A stretch of 64,000 nt of DNA from an uncultured delta proteobacterium (GCA_963812015.1 CAWETI010000002.1:1-64000), one strand, 5' to 3'; numbered from the stretch's first letter, positions 19,060 to 29,663 are shown. Notes: generated by a model from the sequence alone, not told the origin. Numbers and translations are program-made.

Positions 19060-20718
19060 TTACTTACATACCGCGCCCTGGCTGCCTGAGCTCACCATGC
19101 GGCTGTAACGGGACAGATACCCCTGTTTGACCTTGGGTTCCGGGGGCTGCCAGTTTTGCCGGCGCCGGGCCAGTTCGGCCTCATCCACCAGCAGGGTCAG
19201 GCTCTTCCCCGGGATGTCGATCTTGATCCGGTCACCCTCGTGCACCAAGGCGATGGGGCCGCCCTCCGCGGCCTCCGGCGAGATGTGGCCGATGGCCGCG
19301 CCGCGCGTCCCGCCGCTGAAGCGGCCGTCGGTCAGCAGGGCCACCTCCTTATCCAGTCCCATGCCGGCGATGGCCGAGGTGGGGGTGAGCATCTCCCGCA
19401 TGCCGGGGCCGCCCTTGGGGCCTTCGTAGCGGATGACCACGATGTCCCCAGGCTTAATTTTACCATCCAGGATGGCACGGGTGGCGTCTTCTTCGGCATC
19501 AAAGACCCGGGCCGCGCCTTCATTGACCAGCATCTGGGGGTCAACCGCCGATTGCTTGACCACCCCGCCGTCGGGCGCCAGGTTACCCCGGAGGATGGCA
19601 ATGCCCCCCTGGGGGTGGTAGGGGTGGCTCAGGGGGTGGATGACCTGCTCGTCCAGGACCTTGACCGCCGCCAGGTTATCCGCCACGGACCCCGCGGTGG
19701 CGGTGAGGGGGGCGCCGTCCACCAGGCCGGCTCCCATGAGGACCTTCATGACCGCGGGGACCCCGCCGGCCGCGTTCAAATCCTCCAGGTGGTGGGGCCC
19801 GCCGGGGCTCATGGAGCACAGGTGGGGGGTCTTGACGCTGATCTCGTTGAACAGGTCCAAGGACAGGTCGATGCCGGCTTCCCGGGCGATGGCCGGCACG
19901 TGGAGCACGGTGTTGGTGGAGCAGCCCAGGGCCATGTCCACCGCCATGGCGTTCTTGAAGGCCGTAAGCGTCGCAATCTGCCGGGGCAGGATCTGTTTGG
20001 CGACCAGCTCCATGATCTTGAGGCCGGCTTCTTTGGCCAGGCGAAAGCGGGCCGCGTGCACCGCTGGGATGGTGCCGTTGCCGGGTAGCGCCAGCCCCAG
20101 GGCCTCGCTCAGGCAGTTCATGGAATTGGCGGTGAACATGCCGGCGCAGGAGCCGCAGCCGGGACAGGCGCACTCCGCCAGTTCCTTGAGGTCATCTTCG
20201 CAGATCTTTCCGGCCTTCACTGCGCCCACCCCTTCAAAGACCGTGATCAAATCCACCGCCTGGCCCTTGAAGCGCCCGGCCAGCATGGGGCCGCCGGAAA
20301 TCAGGATGGCGGGGATGTTGAGGCGCAGGGCCGCCATCAGCATGCCGGGGATGATCTTGTCGCAGTTGGCCACCAGGACGAGGCCGTCCACGGGATGGGC
20401 CGTTGCCATGATTTCGATGGAGTCGGCGATGAGCTCCCGGGAAGGCAGGGAATATTTCATGCCGGCGTGGTGCATGGCCAGGCCGTCGCAGACGCCGATG
20501 ACCCCGAATTCCAGGGGAGTGCCGCCATTCAAGCGCACCCCGGCCTTGGCCGCCTGGGTGATCTTGTCCAGGTGGATGTGGCCGGGAATGAACTCGTTAT
20601 AGGAATTGGCGATGCCGATAATGGGCTGGTCGATCTCCCGGTCGGTTAACCCCATGGCCTTGAGGAGAGACCGGTGGGGATATTTTTCCAGGCCCAATTT
20701 CATCAGATTGCTGCGCAT
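19060..20718 (-). CDS. ilvD: Dihydroxy-acid dehydratase
   Basis: [48 protein letters not shown]. Confidence 0.98.
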   Translation of the reverse strand: MRSNLMKLGLEKYPHRSLLKAMGLTDREIDQPIIGIANSYNEFIPGHIHLDKITQAAKAGVRLNGGTPLEFGVIGVCDGLAMHHAGMKYSLPSRELIADSIEIMATAHPVDGLVLVANCDKIIPGMLMAALRLNIPAILISGGPMLAGRFKGQAVDLITVFEGVGAVKAGKICEDDLKELAECACPGCGSCAGMFTANSMNCLSEALGLALPGNGTIPAVHAARFRLAKEAGLKIMELVAKQILPRQIATLTAFKNAMAVDMALGCSTNTVLHVPAIAREAGIDLSLDLFNEISVKTPHLCSMSPGGPHHLEDLNAAGGVPAVMKVLMGAGLVDGAPLTATAGSVADNLAAVKVLDEQVIHPLSHPYHPQGGIAILRGNLAPDGGVVKQSAVDPQMLVNEGAARVFDAEEDATRAILDGKIKPGDIVVIRYEGPKGGPGMREMLTPTSAIAGMGLDKEVALLTDGRFSGGTRGAAIGHISPEAAEGGPIALVHEGDRIKIDIPGKSLTLLVDEAELARRRQNWQPPEPKVKQGYLSRYSRMVSSGSQGAVCK

Positions 20719-20730
20719 GCAACTGCTCCT

Positions 20731-22662
20731 TTAAGGGTTGTCGGACTTGTCCGACCCAGACCCGGGTTCGCCGCCGGGCGGGGCTTCCGGGGTTTTCGCT
20801 TCGGGCGCGCCCTCGGGCTGAGGCTCGACCCTTCCCGGTTCGGGTGCGGGTTTCTTTCTGGATCTGCCTGACCCCCGCCGGGGCCGGCCGGTTTTTTTCG
20901 GCGCGGCAGCCGGTTGGGGTTCGGGGGCTGTTTGGGGCTCAGGCCCGAGTTCGCCGCCGGGCTGGGTTTCCGGGGTTTTCGCTTCGGGCGCGCCCTCGGG
21001 CTGAGGCTCGACCCTTCCCGGTTCGGGTGCGGGTTTCTTTCTGGATCTGCCTGACCCCCGCCGGGGCCGGCCGGTCCTTTTCGGCGCGGCAGCCGGTTGG
21101 GGTTCGGTGGCCTTGGGGGGCTCAGGCCCGGGTTGGGGTTCGGCCGCCGGCCTGGTCTCGGGGCCCGGCTTGGCCTCGGAGGGTTCCCGCTTGAGATATT
21201 CCACCTGAATCTCTTCGGGCCCCAGGCCTTCTTTGGGAAGCACCATGATCTTAAGATGGTGATGCTCTTCCAGGGTGAGGATTTCTTTACGTTTCTTGTT
21301 GAGGAGGAAAGTGCTCACTTCCAGGGGCACCGTCGCCCGGACCTCCTGGAATTGGCCTTGGGTTATCTGGGTGGAGATTTGCCGGAGCAGGCTCAGGCCC
21401 AGAGAATCCACCCGTTTAACGCGGCCCCGGCCCTGGCAGGCAGGACAAACCGTGTAGGCGCTGACCTCCGCGGTGGGGCGCAGACGCTGGCGGGAGAGTT
21501 CCAGCAGCCCGAACTTGGACAGACTCCCCACGGTGACCCGGGCTTTATCTTTTTTCAGGCTCTGCTTGAGGGCCTGCTCCACCTCTTTCTGGTGCTTCCT
21601 GTCCTTCATGTCGATGAAGTCGATGACCACCAGGCCGCCCAGGTCCCGGAGGCGGAGCTGCCGGGCCACTTCATCGGCGGCCTCCAGGTTGGTCTTCAAG
21701 GCCGTGTCTTCAATTTCCCTCTGGCTGGTGCAGCGCCCGGAGTTGACGTCGATGGAGACCAGGGCCTCGGTGGGGTTGATGACGATGCCGCCCCCGGATT
21801 TCAGGGGCACGCGCTCCGAGTAGATGCGCTCCATCTGGTCTTCCAACTGGAAGCGGGTGAAGATGGGCAGTTCGTCCTTGTAAAGTTTCAGGGTATGGAC
21901 GTGCCGGGGGGACATTTCCAGGATAAAGGTGCGCAGCGTCTGGTAGACTTCTTTGTTGTCCACCAGGATGGTGGTGATATCCGGGGAAAAATAATCCCTG
22001 ACGGTCCGGGTGATGAGGTCCAGGTCCCGGTGCAGCAGGCAGGGGGCCGGTGTGGTGGCCGCGGCCTGGTTGATGGATTCCCAGAGCTTCAGGAGATATT
22101 TCATATCCTTGGCCAGCTCCGGGGTCTTGGCGGTCTCGCCGGCCGTGCGGATAATCAGGCCCATCTCCGGGGGCAACCCCAATTTCTGGGCCAATTCTTT
22201 GAGGCGCTGGCGCTCCTCTTCCTTTTCGATCTTGCGGGAAACCCCCAGATGGCTCTGTTTGGGCAAGAGCACCATGCGGCGGCCGGGAAGGGAAATATAG
22301 GTGCTCAGGTAGGCGCCCTTGGTGGCCGACTCCTCTTTGTAGACCTGGACGATGAGCTCCTGGCCTTTGCGCAGCACCCGCTGAATCTTGGTCTTGGCCC
22401 GGCTCTGGGTTTTTTCCTGGTAATAGTCGGGATGGACTTCGGACAGAGGCAAAAAACCGTGGCGCTCTCCGCCGTAGTTGACAAAGGAGGCCTGGAGGCT
22501 GGGCTCGATATTGACCACGATGCCTTTATAAATATTGGCTTTGGTGGGTTCCCGGGAGGCGGACTCCAGGGCCAGCTCTTCCATCTGGCCTTCTTCGACG
22601 ATGGCGACCCGGAATTCCTCAGGGTCGGCGGCGTTGACAAACATCTTCCGAGGCGGGCTCAT
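20731..22662 (-). CDS. rne: Ribonuclease E/G family with Pro/Glu-rich duplicated tail
   Basis: NIYKG S1 domain, IDVNSG, LRLRDLGGLVVIDFIDM, CPACQG zinc link; start overlaps the upstream stop (ATGA). Confidence 0.92.
   Translation of the reverse strand: MSPPRKMFVNAADPEEFRVAIVEEGQMEELALESASREPTKANIYKGIVVNIEPSLQASFVNYGGERHGFLPLSEVHPDYYQEKTQSRAKTKIQRVLRKGQELIVQVYKEESATKGAYLSTYISLPGRRMVLLPKQSHLGVSRKIEKEEERQRLKELAQKLGLPPEMGLIIRTAGETAKTPELAKDMKYLLKLWESINQAAATTPAPCLLHRDLDLITRTVRDYFSPDITTILVDNKEVYQTLRTFILEMSPRHVHTLKLYKDELPIFTRFQLEDQMERIYSERVPLKSGGGIVINPTEALVSIDVNSGRCTSQREIEDTALKTNLEAADEVARQLRLRDLGGLVVIDFIDMKDRKHQKEVEQALKQSLKKDKARVTVGSLSKFGLLELSRQRLRPTAEVSAYTVCPACQGRGRVKRVDSLGLSLLRQISTQITQGQFQEVRATVPLEVSTFLLNKKRKEILTLEEHHHLKIMVLPKEGLGPEEIQVEYLKREPSEAKPGPETRPAAEPQPGPEPPKATEPQPAAAPKRTGRPRRGSGRSRKKPAPEPGRVEPQPEGAPEAKTPETQPGGELGPEPQTAPEPQPAAAPKKTGRPRRGSGRSRKKPAPEPGRVEPQPEGAPEAKTPEAPPGGEPGSGSDKSDNP
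20761..21130. repeat. 183-bp (61-aa) tandem duplication in the RNase E/G tail
   Basis: Copies start at 20761 and 20944; both encode PQPAAAPKxTGRPRRGSGRSRKKPAPEPGRVEPQPEGAPEAKTPE. Confidence 0.9.
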
Positions 22663-24038
22663 GAATACCCCTCGCGGCACTGTTGGGCGAATTCTTTAAA
22701 CCCGGGCTGGCAATCCTGGGCATACATGCGATTGATGGCCAGGGGCAAAGCCGCGGGACTTTTTAAATTGCGGATGGGGCGCATCTCCTGACGGCGGAAA
22801 AATGCGGTTTTCACCAGAAAATTGATATCTCCCTGGACCGGCTGAAAATAGAGGAACCCGTCCTTGACGGTGATGGGCATGGGCAGGCCGGTTTCCCCGA
22901 TGCGGCCCCAGCACACCCAGGGACTGGGATAGTGATTAAAATTCCGGTTCAAGAAGGTGATGTCCCGGTTCTCGATGTCGCCCAACTGAAAACTTTCGAT
23001 CATCACATCCCGCCCGAGTTCCGAATCCCACGCCAGCATCCCGCCTTTCTGGGGTTTGGCGGGATTATTGGCCATTACTTCCATGACCATGTTATACCCC
23101 TGGTCCCCCAGTTCCAAGGCCAAACCCAGGCCGTGGAAATCCAGGGACCCGATGAGATAATCCAGATCCTCTATATTATAGGAAATTTTATCGGCAAAAC
23201 CCTGCAGCCAGTCGGCCACCTCTCCCCGGGAGTGAAACTTCTTGTCCCAGGGATGAGTTCCCGCCAGGGAGAATAGCTGGCGCGCCATGGTCTGCTGCAT
23301 GACCATCTGCCCGTGGTTATGCAGCCGGCGGGGGCTGTTGACATCGTAGAAAAAATTCCCCCTCTCCAGATTGAGGCCGTGAAAGCTTTCTTGCACCATA
23401 AAATAGACCTGGGCGGGATTGAAGCCGAAAAAATGCCATTGGTAAAAATCTTTTTCGACGTGGGCCAACATTTCCCGGCCAATGATAATCAACAGATGCT
23501 GACGCCCCAGCACCTCCCGGGGAGATTCCCCTAATTCCCGGGCCAGGTTTTCCAGGTCAAAGGCGAGCTGGAGCATGTGGCGGGCCCCCAGGGAGAGGGG
23601 CAAGAGCGCCTGGGGTGAACAGTCCAGTTGCGGCGCCAGGTCCTCCGGGGCAATGATCCGGCCGGCTTCCTGGCTCATGAGGTGGGCGGTGCGCTCAAGG
23701 GTGATCTCCCGGGCGATATCGAGGAAATATTTGGAACCCAACATCAAGCGGGTGCCCTCACCGGCGGCGGCATGCTCGAAGAGAATTTCGCCCCGGGCCA
23801 CCGCCGCCCGGGCCCGAGCCAGGCGTGCCTGGTGGCCGTCATGTTCATCGAGGACGAGGATTTGCCGGGGCTCCGAAAGCATCGAAAGGCGGGGGTAACG
23901 GTTAAGGTCCTTTTCCCGAAGGGCAATTTCGGCTAAAGAGGGGAAGTGGTGTAATTTCTCTTGCGCCAGGGCCACGCAGGAGCTGATATAGGGTTCAAGG
24001 GCGCCGGGATCGATTGCCGACTTGGTTGCTTGGGGCAT
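22659..24038 (-). CDS. Divergent UDPGP/UAP-like nucleotidyltransferase
   Basis: AAAGEGTRL...K nucleotide loop, FMVQ, HNHG, SYNIEDL and QKGGML resemble UDP-sugar pyrophosphorylase motifs. Confidence 0.55.
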   Translation of the reverse strand: MPQATKSAIDPGALEPYISSCVALAQEKLHHFPSLAEIALREKDLNRYPRLSMLSEPRQILVLDEHDGHQARLARARAAVARGEILFEHAAAGEGTRLMLGSKYFLDIAREITLERTAHLMSQEAGRIIAPEDLAPQLDCSPQALLPLSLGARHMLQLAFDLENLARELGESPREVLGRQHLLIIIGREMLAHVEKDFYQWHFFGFNPAQVYFMVQESFHGLNLERGNFFYDVNSPRRLHNHGQMVMQQTMARQLFSLAGTHPWDKKFHSRGEVADWLQGFADKISYNIEDLDYLIGSLDFHGLGLALELGDQGYNMVMEVMANNPAKPQKGGMLAWDSELGRDVMIESFQLGDIENRDITFLNRNFNHYPSPWVCWGRIGETGLPMPITVKDGFLYFQPVQGDINFLVKTAFFRRQEMRPIRNLKSPAALPLAINRMYAQDCQPGFKEFAQQCREGYS

Positions 24039-24222
24039 GAAAGGCCTGTAATATTGAGATGTTAAAACATTTAATTATCATGGGTGCGCCGTATTGTCAA
24101 GGAACATTACGTCATCAGAGGTGGCCGGCCGTCGGCCCGGGGTTAAGAGAACCTGTAAAAAAAGCATATTTCCGGAAGATGGTGAAACCAGGGGGACGGC
24201 GCCCAAGTCCGCCCCCACCGGC

Positions 24223-25071
24223 TTACATTTCGGTTTTATCGCGATACACCAGGACCGGGCGGGTGGAAAGGCGCACCAGGTTGAGGGCCTCGTCGCTGAT
24301 CAGCTTCAAATACTTGGGCCGCTTGTGCCCATAGGCCCCCAGCACCAGCAGGTCATACCGTTCCACGGCCACCGCCTTGAGGATTTCATCCACGAAGTCC
24401 CCCTGGGCCAATTTTTTGCTGGGGGTGTAGCCGTATTTCTTTAGGGTGTCTTCCCCGGTGAGCAAACACGCCTCGGCGAATTCCGGGGTTTCCCCCAAAG
24501 CGGTTTCCTGGACGTGGAGGATGGTGACTTCCGGTTTTTGCTTGGCGAAGAGCGGGGCGATGAATTCCAGGGCGCCCTGGTCGCACTGAGACCCCCGGTA
24601 GGCCACCAGGATCTTCTGGATCGGCCGGAAATTGCGCATGAGGAGCACCGGTTGCAGGGCATGGTGGAGAATCTTGGCGTGCACCGAGCCCAGCAAAAAG
24701 CCCCGGATCGAGGAGCGGCCCTGGGAGCCCATCACGATCAGGTCGTACATGCCTTCGTTGGCGGCGTTCAGGATCTCATCGGCGGGGTCGCCCACGGCCA
24801 CCAGGGGCTCACAAGGCACTTTACCTCCCAGGCAGATCTCACAGGCCTCGAAAATCTCCTCCACGGTTTTTGCCGCCTCGGATTCGATGGCCTTTTCCAC
24901 ATCCTCCCGGGTGGTGAAGGGGGCATACGAGCTTTCCGCCACGGACTCCACGATATTGGGTTTCACATAGAGGGCGTCCACGTCCGCCTCGAAATGTTCC
25001 AGCAAATGGCAGGTGTAGCGCAGGGCCTGCTGCGACTCCTCGCTTTTGTCCACCGCGACCAGGATTTTCAT
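24223..25071 (-). CDS. Tandem universal stress protein
   Basis: ILVAVD...GDPADEIL...DLIVMGSQG...LGSV; second USP domain. Confidence 0.9.
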   Translation of the reverse strand: MKILVAVDKSEESQQALRYTCHLLEHFEADVDALYVKPNIVESVAESSYAPFTTREDVEKAIESEAAKTVEEIFEACEICLGGKVPCEPLVAVGDPADEILNAANEGMYDLIVMGSQGRSSIRGFLLGSVHAKILHHALQPVLLMRNFRPIQKILVAYRGSQCDQGALEFIAPLFAKQKPEVTILHVQETALGETPEFAEACLLTGEDTLKKYGYTPSKKLAQGDFVDEILKAVAVERYDLLVLGAYGHKRPKYLKLISDEALNLVRLSTRPVLVYRDKTEM

Positions 25072-25145
25072 AGGTATCTCCTCTCAGATGGTAGTGAGCG
25101 TCCAGAAAAGTGGTCGGTTTTCTGGATTATAGACTCAGGCTGGGG

Positions 25146-26012
25146 TTAACGCATCACCAAAACCGATGTCTGGCACTTGCTCACAAAGCGCCCGGCCCAA
25201 TCCCGGGGATAGAACCGGTCCAGCAAGGATTTCTTCCCCATAAACAGGGCCAGGAGGTCCTGCTGCAATTCCTTGTCGATGAAGTTTTCAAAATCGGCGA
25301 TCTCGGTGAGGCGGGTGCTCACCTTGATCTGGCGATCCTCATAGTAGTCGCCGATCTCGATCAGCCGCCGGTATACGTCCTTCTTCATGCCGCCTTCCTG
25401 GGAAAGGCCGATCAATTCCAGCTGCGCCCCGTGCAGCGTGGCCATCTGGTTGATCATTTCCAGGGAATCCTGGCTGATGTAACTCTGGTCCAGACAGGCC
25501 AGGATGCGGCTGATGGGCTGCGCTTCTTTGACCAGGAGCACCGAGCAGGCGGCGTCATTCACCACTTTCTGGGGCACCGCGGCCGAGCCTTGCCAGAGGC
25601 ACTGCGGCCCCTTGGTGCAACCTAGCACGACCAGATCGCTTTCGTCTTCCCGGGCTTCCCCCAGGATCTCCTGGGCCTCATTACCGCAGCGAAGGCGCAC
25701 TTTCACGTCTTTCTTGGCCCCCCGGTTCACCAGCAACTCTTCCCACTGGCCGCCCTTCACGGGAATCCACTCATAGCGCCAGTCCCCCAGGGCATAGGGT
25801 GAGCCTTCGCCCCCGGCCCGGTGGAGAAAAGCCTCCCGGTACCCGTGTAAGGCCTGGGCCAGGGGCTGGCCCTCGGCCGGTTGCCCCGCGGCCTCGGCCG
25901 GAGATATTCCCAGCAGGGTTACGTCAGCCCAGGTGTTGGTGGCCAGTCGCGCCACTTCGTTGAGGGCGTAGGCGCTGTAAGGATGTTCATCTCCGGCGAA
26001 TAAAATTTTCAT
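25146..26012 (-). CDS. Tandem universal stress protein (divergent)
   Basis: KILFAGD, GNEAQEIL, DLVVLG, CSVLLVK, SVLVMR. Confidence 0.8.
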   Translation of the reverse strand: MKILFAGDEHPYSAYALNEVARLATNTWADVTLLGISPAEAAGQPAEGQPLAQALHGYREAFLHRAGGEGSPYALGDWRYEWIPVKGGQWEELLVNRGAKKDVKVRLRCGNEAQEILGEAREDESDLVVLGCTKGPQCLWQGSAAVPQKVVNDAACSVLLVKEAQPISRILACLDQSYISQDSLEMINQMATLHGAQLELIGLSQEGGMKKDVYRRLIEIGDYYEDRQIKVSTRLTEIADFENFIDKELQQDLLALFMGKKSLLDRFYPRDWAGRFVSKCQTSVLVMR

Positions 26013-26069
26013 GGGTCTTCCCCTCCCTATGGTTGGCGAAATCTTAACCGGACTGCAACCCCGGTTCGG

Positions 26070-26432
26070 TCAATCCCCCAAGGCTTTCTTGACCGATTGC
26101 TTTAATTCGTCGATCTTGACCGGTTTCGGGAAAAAATCGTAAATACGCTCCCGGATGGCCTCGATGGTGGCGTCCAGGGTGGCATACGCCGTGAGCATAA
26201 TCACCCGGGTGTGCGGGTAGAGTCGGTTCACTTCTTTCAAGATATCCATGCCGCTGACCTGGTCCATCTGCAAATCGGTAATCACCAGGTCGTACGGTTG
26301 GCTTCTAATCGCCTCCAGGGCTAGTTGACTGTCGGTGAAGGTCTCCACTTCGTAGCCTTCGGCCTGCAAGATTTTTTTCGCCATGTCACCCACAATCTTT
26401 TCGTCATCAATCACGACAATCTTTTTGGCCAT
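26070..26432 (-). CDS. Stand-alone response regulator receiver
   Basis: VIDDE, VITDLQM, MLTAY, FPKP. Confidence 0.92.
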   Translation of the reverse strand: MAKKIVVIDDEKIVGDMAKKILQAEGYEVETFTDSQLALEAIRSQPYDLVITDLQMDQVSGMDILKEVNRLYPHTRVIMLTAYATLDATIEAIRERIYDFFPKPVKIDELKQSVKKALGD

Positions 26433-26434
26433 GG

Positions 26435-27856
26435 TTAATCCCCTTGTTCCTTGCCCTTTGCAGGTAGCTTAATGGTAAACGTGGTGCCCTGGCCCTCGGT
26501 GCTCTCCACCGAGATTTCCCCGTGATGCTGGCGGATGATGCCGTAACTCACGGACAATCCCAGGCCGGTGCCCTTGGTGCTCTTGGTCGTAAAAAAAGGA
26601 TCAAAAATATAAGGCAGAATATCCTTATTAATGCCGGTGCCGGTATCCCTCACGGTCATGGTGACCATCCGGCGCTCCTGATCCAGGCCGATATCGATGA
26701 AGAGCTCCCCCCCCTGGGGCATGGCCTGAATGGCGTTGATGAACAGGTTGACCAGCACCTGTTGGATCTGGGGGGCGTCCACCGAGACGGCCGGCAGATC
26801 TGGGGCGACGACCACGTGATGCCCGACCTTGGAGATTTTGAGCTGGTTGGCCACCAGCCCGAGACTCCGGTTGACGATGTCCCCCATCTGGCAGTCGGCT
26901 AATTCCTGTTTCTTTTGCCGGGAGAAATCCAGGAGGTTTTCCACAATCTTCTTGATCCGTTCGCTTTGGGTATAAACGTCGCCCATGTAATTTTTCTTGT
27001 CGTCATCTCCCAGCAGGTCGTAGAGACTCAGGTAGGTCTGGGCAATCAGAGAGATATTATTCAAGGGATTCCCCAGCTCGTGGGCCACTCCGGAGATCAG
27101 GATCCCCAGGGAGGCCAGCTTCCCCGATTGCACCAGCTCCTGTTCCCGCTTTTCCAGTTCCCGGGCCATCTCCGAAATCGCCTGCACCGCAACCTGAATT
27201 TCGTTGTGCGGGGAAAAGCTCCTGGCGGCCACTTCCCGAAACCGGCCTGCGGAGACCATTTTAATCATCTGTTCCATGACCGTGATTTCCTGAATAAGAA
27301 ACCGGAAAAAATACTGCCAGAGCACGACCTGGATAACAAAAATGATCGCCAGGGAGACAATGAGCATAACAATGTTGTAGCTGATGATATAACTGACAGT
27401 TTTGCGTTCTCCCCGGAGCAGCGTCGCCGATAGTTCGGTAAGTTCATGGCCCAGCCTCCGGATTTCCTCTTCGTGATACGAGGGGATCTTTTGGTTGCTG
27501 ATGGCTTGTTGAATCAAATCCAAATAATGTTTGAGATTATGGAGCAAATTCTCGTAATCCTGGTCACTTAAACCATGCAAACCGGGAACCAGATACGACC
27601 GGGATGATTGAAGCACGCCATACCGTTCCCGGCCAATGGTTTCCAACTCAGTGAGCGCCCCCAGGTCCTGATACAAGAAGTAATTTTTTTCAGCCTTGCG
27701 CATCTCCAGCAGGGAAATGTTTAAATCATCGATAATTTCGATGGCCTGTAATTTGGTCAAAACCGCTTTAAAGGAAAGATAGCCGAATCCGCAGATCAGG
27801 CAGATGACAATAGCTTGAATGACTGCGGCGATGATAATTCTTTTTCTTATGCTCAT
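26435..27856 (-). CDS. Membrane sensor histidine kinase (NtrB-like)
   Basis: Two TM segments; GVAHELGNPL H-box, NLFINA, DTGTG, FDPFFTTK, GTGLGL; start ATG 27856. Confidence 0.92.
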   Translation of the reverse strand: MSIRKRIIIAAVIQAIVICLICGFGYLSFKAVLTKLQAIEIIDDLNISLLEMRKAEKNYFLYQDLGALTELETIGRERYGVLQSSRSYLVPGLHGLSDQDYENLLHNLKHYLDLIQQAISNQKIPSYHEEEIRRLGHELTELSATLLRGERKTVSYIISYNIVMLIVSLAIIFVIQVVLWQYFFRFLIQEITVMEQMIKMVSAGRFREVAARSFSPHNEIQVAVQAISEMARELEKREQELVQSGKLASLGILISGVAHELGNPLNNISLIAQTYLSLYDLLGDDDKKNYMGDVYTQSERIKKIVENLLDFSRQKKQELADCQMGDIVNRSLGLVANQLKISKVGHHVVVAPDLPAVSVDAPQIQQVLVNLFINAIQAMPQGGELFIDIGLDQERRMVTMTVRDTGTGINKDILPYIFDPFFTTKSTKGTGLGLSVSYGIIRQHHGEISVESTEGQGTTFTIKLPAKGKEQGD

Positions 27857-27890
27857 CGCGGTCCGGAACAACGGCTTAACCCTTCCCCGG

Positions 27891-28751
27891 CTACATAAAC
27901 GAACCGAATTTATGTGATTGGATGGACTTCTCCACCCGCTGGTCCACGGCTTCCGGGGCCAGCTCCTTTTCGAGTTGGGGCAACATCTTACGCTCGACCC
28001 GGTAGGATTTGACGAACAGTTTGATGGCCATGCCGATGCTGGAAAGCCCCGCCAGGGTAATGATGGCATCGATGATGGACCAGTAGCCCAGGCCAAACAT
28101 GCGGGTGAAGATGGTGCCGATGGCGATAAAGGTCAGGCCGGTCCGCAAATAAGAGAGTTCTGTACGCTGCTTGGCCAGGATAGTGCGATATTGGGATAAA
28201 TTGGTGCGAGATTGGGCCAGGCCGGTGCGGGCGCCGCTCATGCGGGTGCGGATTTCCGCCAGCTTGTTGCGCATTTCGGCCCATTCGGTGCGGCTCTGGG
28301 CCCAATCGGTGCGGCTCTTCGCCAGGGTGGTGCGCTCATCGGCCAGGGTCGTCCGACGCTCGGATAAGCCGGTGCGGTGTTCGGCCAGGCTGGTGCGTTT
28401 ATTGGCTAGTTCCGTGCGGCCGTCGGCGAGCTCGGTGCGTCGATTAGCCAACTCTGTACGCTTATCGGCCAATTCCGTGCGCCGCCCCGCCAGCTCGGTA
28501 CGACCATTGGCCAACTCAGTTCGTTTGTTGGCGAGCTCGGTGCGTCGATTAGCTAGAGCGGTACGCCCTTCGGCCAGCTCGGTGCGCTTGTGCGCCAGGG
28601 CGGTGCGCTCTTCGGCCAGTTTGGTGCGGAACTGGGCCAGGGCGGTCCGGTCCTCGGCCAGATGCTCCCGGCGATCGGCCCACTCCTCCATGGCCTTGAT
28701 GAGCTCTTCGCCTTGAAGGGAACTGATTTGTTTTTCGTCGTCATCAGACAT
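27891..28751 (-). CDS. DUF202/YidH-like membrane protein with long heptad-repeat coiled coil
   Basis: 26 consecutive R-T-x-L-A-x-x heptads leading into RTELSYLRTGL and two TM helices. Confidence 0.8.
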   Translation of the reverse strand: MSDDDEKQISSLQGEELIKAMEEWADRREHLAEDRTALAQFRTKLAEERTALAHKRTELAEGRTALANRRTELANKRTELANGRTELAGRRTELADKRTELANRRTELADGRTELANKRTSLAEHRTGLSERRTTLADERTTLAKSRTDWAQSRTEWAEMRNKLAEIRTRMSGARTGLAQSRTNLSQYRTILAKQRTELSYLRTGLTFIAIGTIFTRMFGLGYWSIIDAIITLAGLSSIGMAIKLFVKSYRVERKMLPQLEKELAPEAVDQRVEKSIQSHKFGSFM

Positions 28752-28796
28752 GTTACATTATGTCCTTATTCAAGAAACTAACCCCGGGACGAGATA

Positions 28797-29603
28797 TCAA
28801 TAGAGCACCAGCATCAAGGGATTTTTTACCTGGGCCAGCCACTGCAGGCGGATATGGTCTTTTTTCACGGCCCGCTCCAGGGCAACGGCCACCATGCCGT
28901 AGTCTTTGAGCATGGCCGGGTTCGGGCCGCCGGAGGACCAGTCGGCCACCTCTTTGACCTCCACGGTGCCTCCCGCCGCCTCCATGGCGGCCAGGGCTTT
29001 CCGGGCCTCGTCCCGCAGGGCGTCGCCAGGTCCGCCGTACCCCGCCTGGGGCGGCAGGGCCAGGTGTACCGGGATGGAGCATCCGCCCCAGAGCTTAGTT
29101 ATGGCCGGCAGGATCGCCCGGGCGCCGGCCAAATCCGGGCATACCACCAGGGCCTGGTGGATCTTCCGCAAGACCCGCAGCCAGATGAGCGGGCAGGCGA
29201 GCTTCTGGTAGAACTTAGCGTGCAGGCGCCGCTGGATAGTGGTCGGATTAAAGGGATACGGGGCTCCTTCCACATAGAGATCAAAGGGCTCATGGCCAAT
29301 AATCTTGAGGAGTTCATAATCCCGATCTCCATATATTACCCGGGGCTCCTGCAACAACGGGCAGGTTTCCTGTTCGGAAGAGAGCACTTCCTCGATCTCC
29401 TCCCGGCCCATTTCGACGATCTCCCGTTCCCAGGTATGCCGGACCCAACCCGTTCCCGTAGCCGGCACTTCCGGCGGCGGCGCCTTGACATAGACCGGAT
29501 AAAGCTCCATGGGGATCAGGTTGCCCAGGTCGCAGGCATAACGGATGGCCATGCTGGAGGCCAGGTCCACTTCGATGGCTACCAGGGTTTTAAGCATAAG
29601 CAC
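28797..29603 (-). CDS. Universal stress protein-like
   Basis: KTLVAIE...AIRYAC...PVYVK; GDRDYELL; PLMLVLY. Confidence 0.7.
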   Translation of the reverse strand: MLMLKTLVAIEVDLASSMAIRYACDLGNLIPMELYPVYVKAPPPEVPATGTGWVRHTWEREIVEMGREEIEEVLSSEQETCPLLQEPRVIYGDRDYELLKIIGHEPFDLYVEGAPYPFNPTTIQRRLHAKFYQKLACPLIWLRVLRKIHQALVVCPDLAGARAILPAITKLWGGCSIPVHLALPPQAGYGGPGDALRDEARKALAAMEAAGGTVEVKEVADWSSGGPNPAMLKDYGMVAVALERAVKKDHIRLQWLAQVKNPLMLVLY

Positions 29604-29663
29604 TTCCCCCTTAATCGAGGCGTGGTCTAGCCGGCAGGTGCGATCCGGCCGGCGCCGCCCCCT

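Noticed and set aside
28125..28670. 21-bp periodicity as a possible CRISPR array
   Set aside because: No spacers or constant repeat; the periodicity is a coding heptad repeat.
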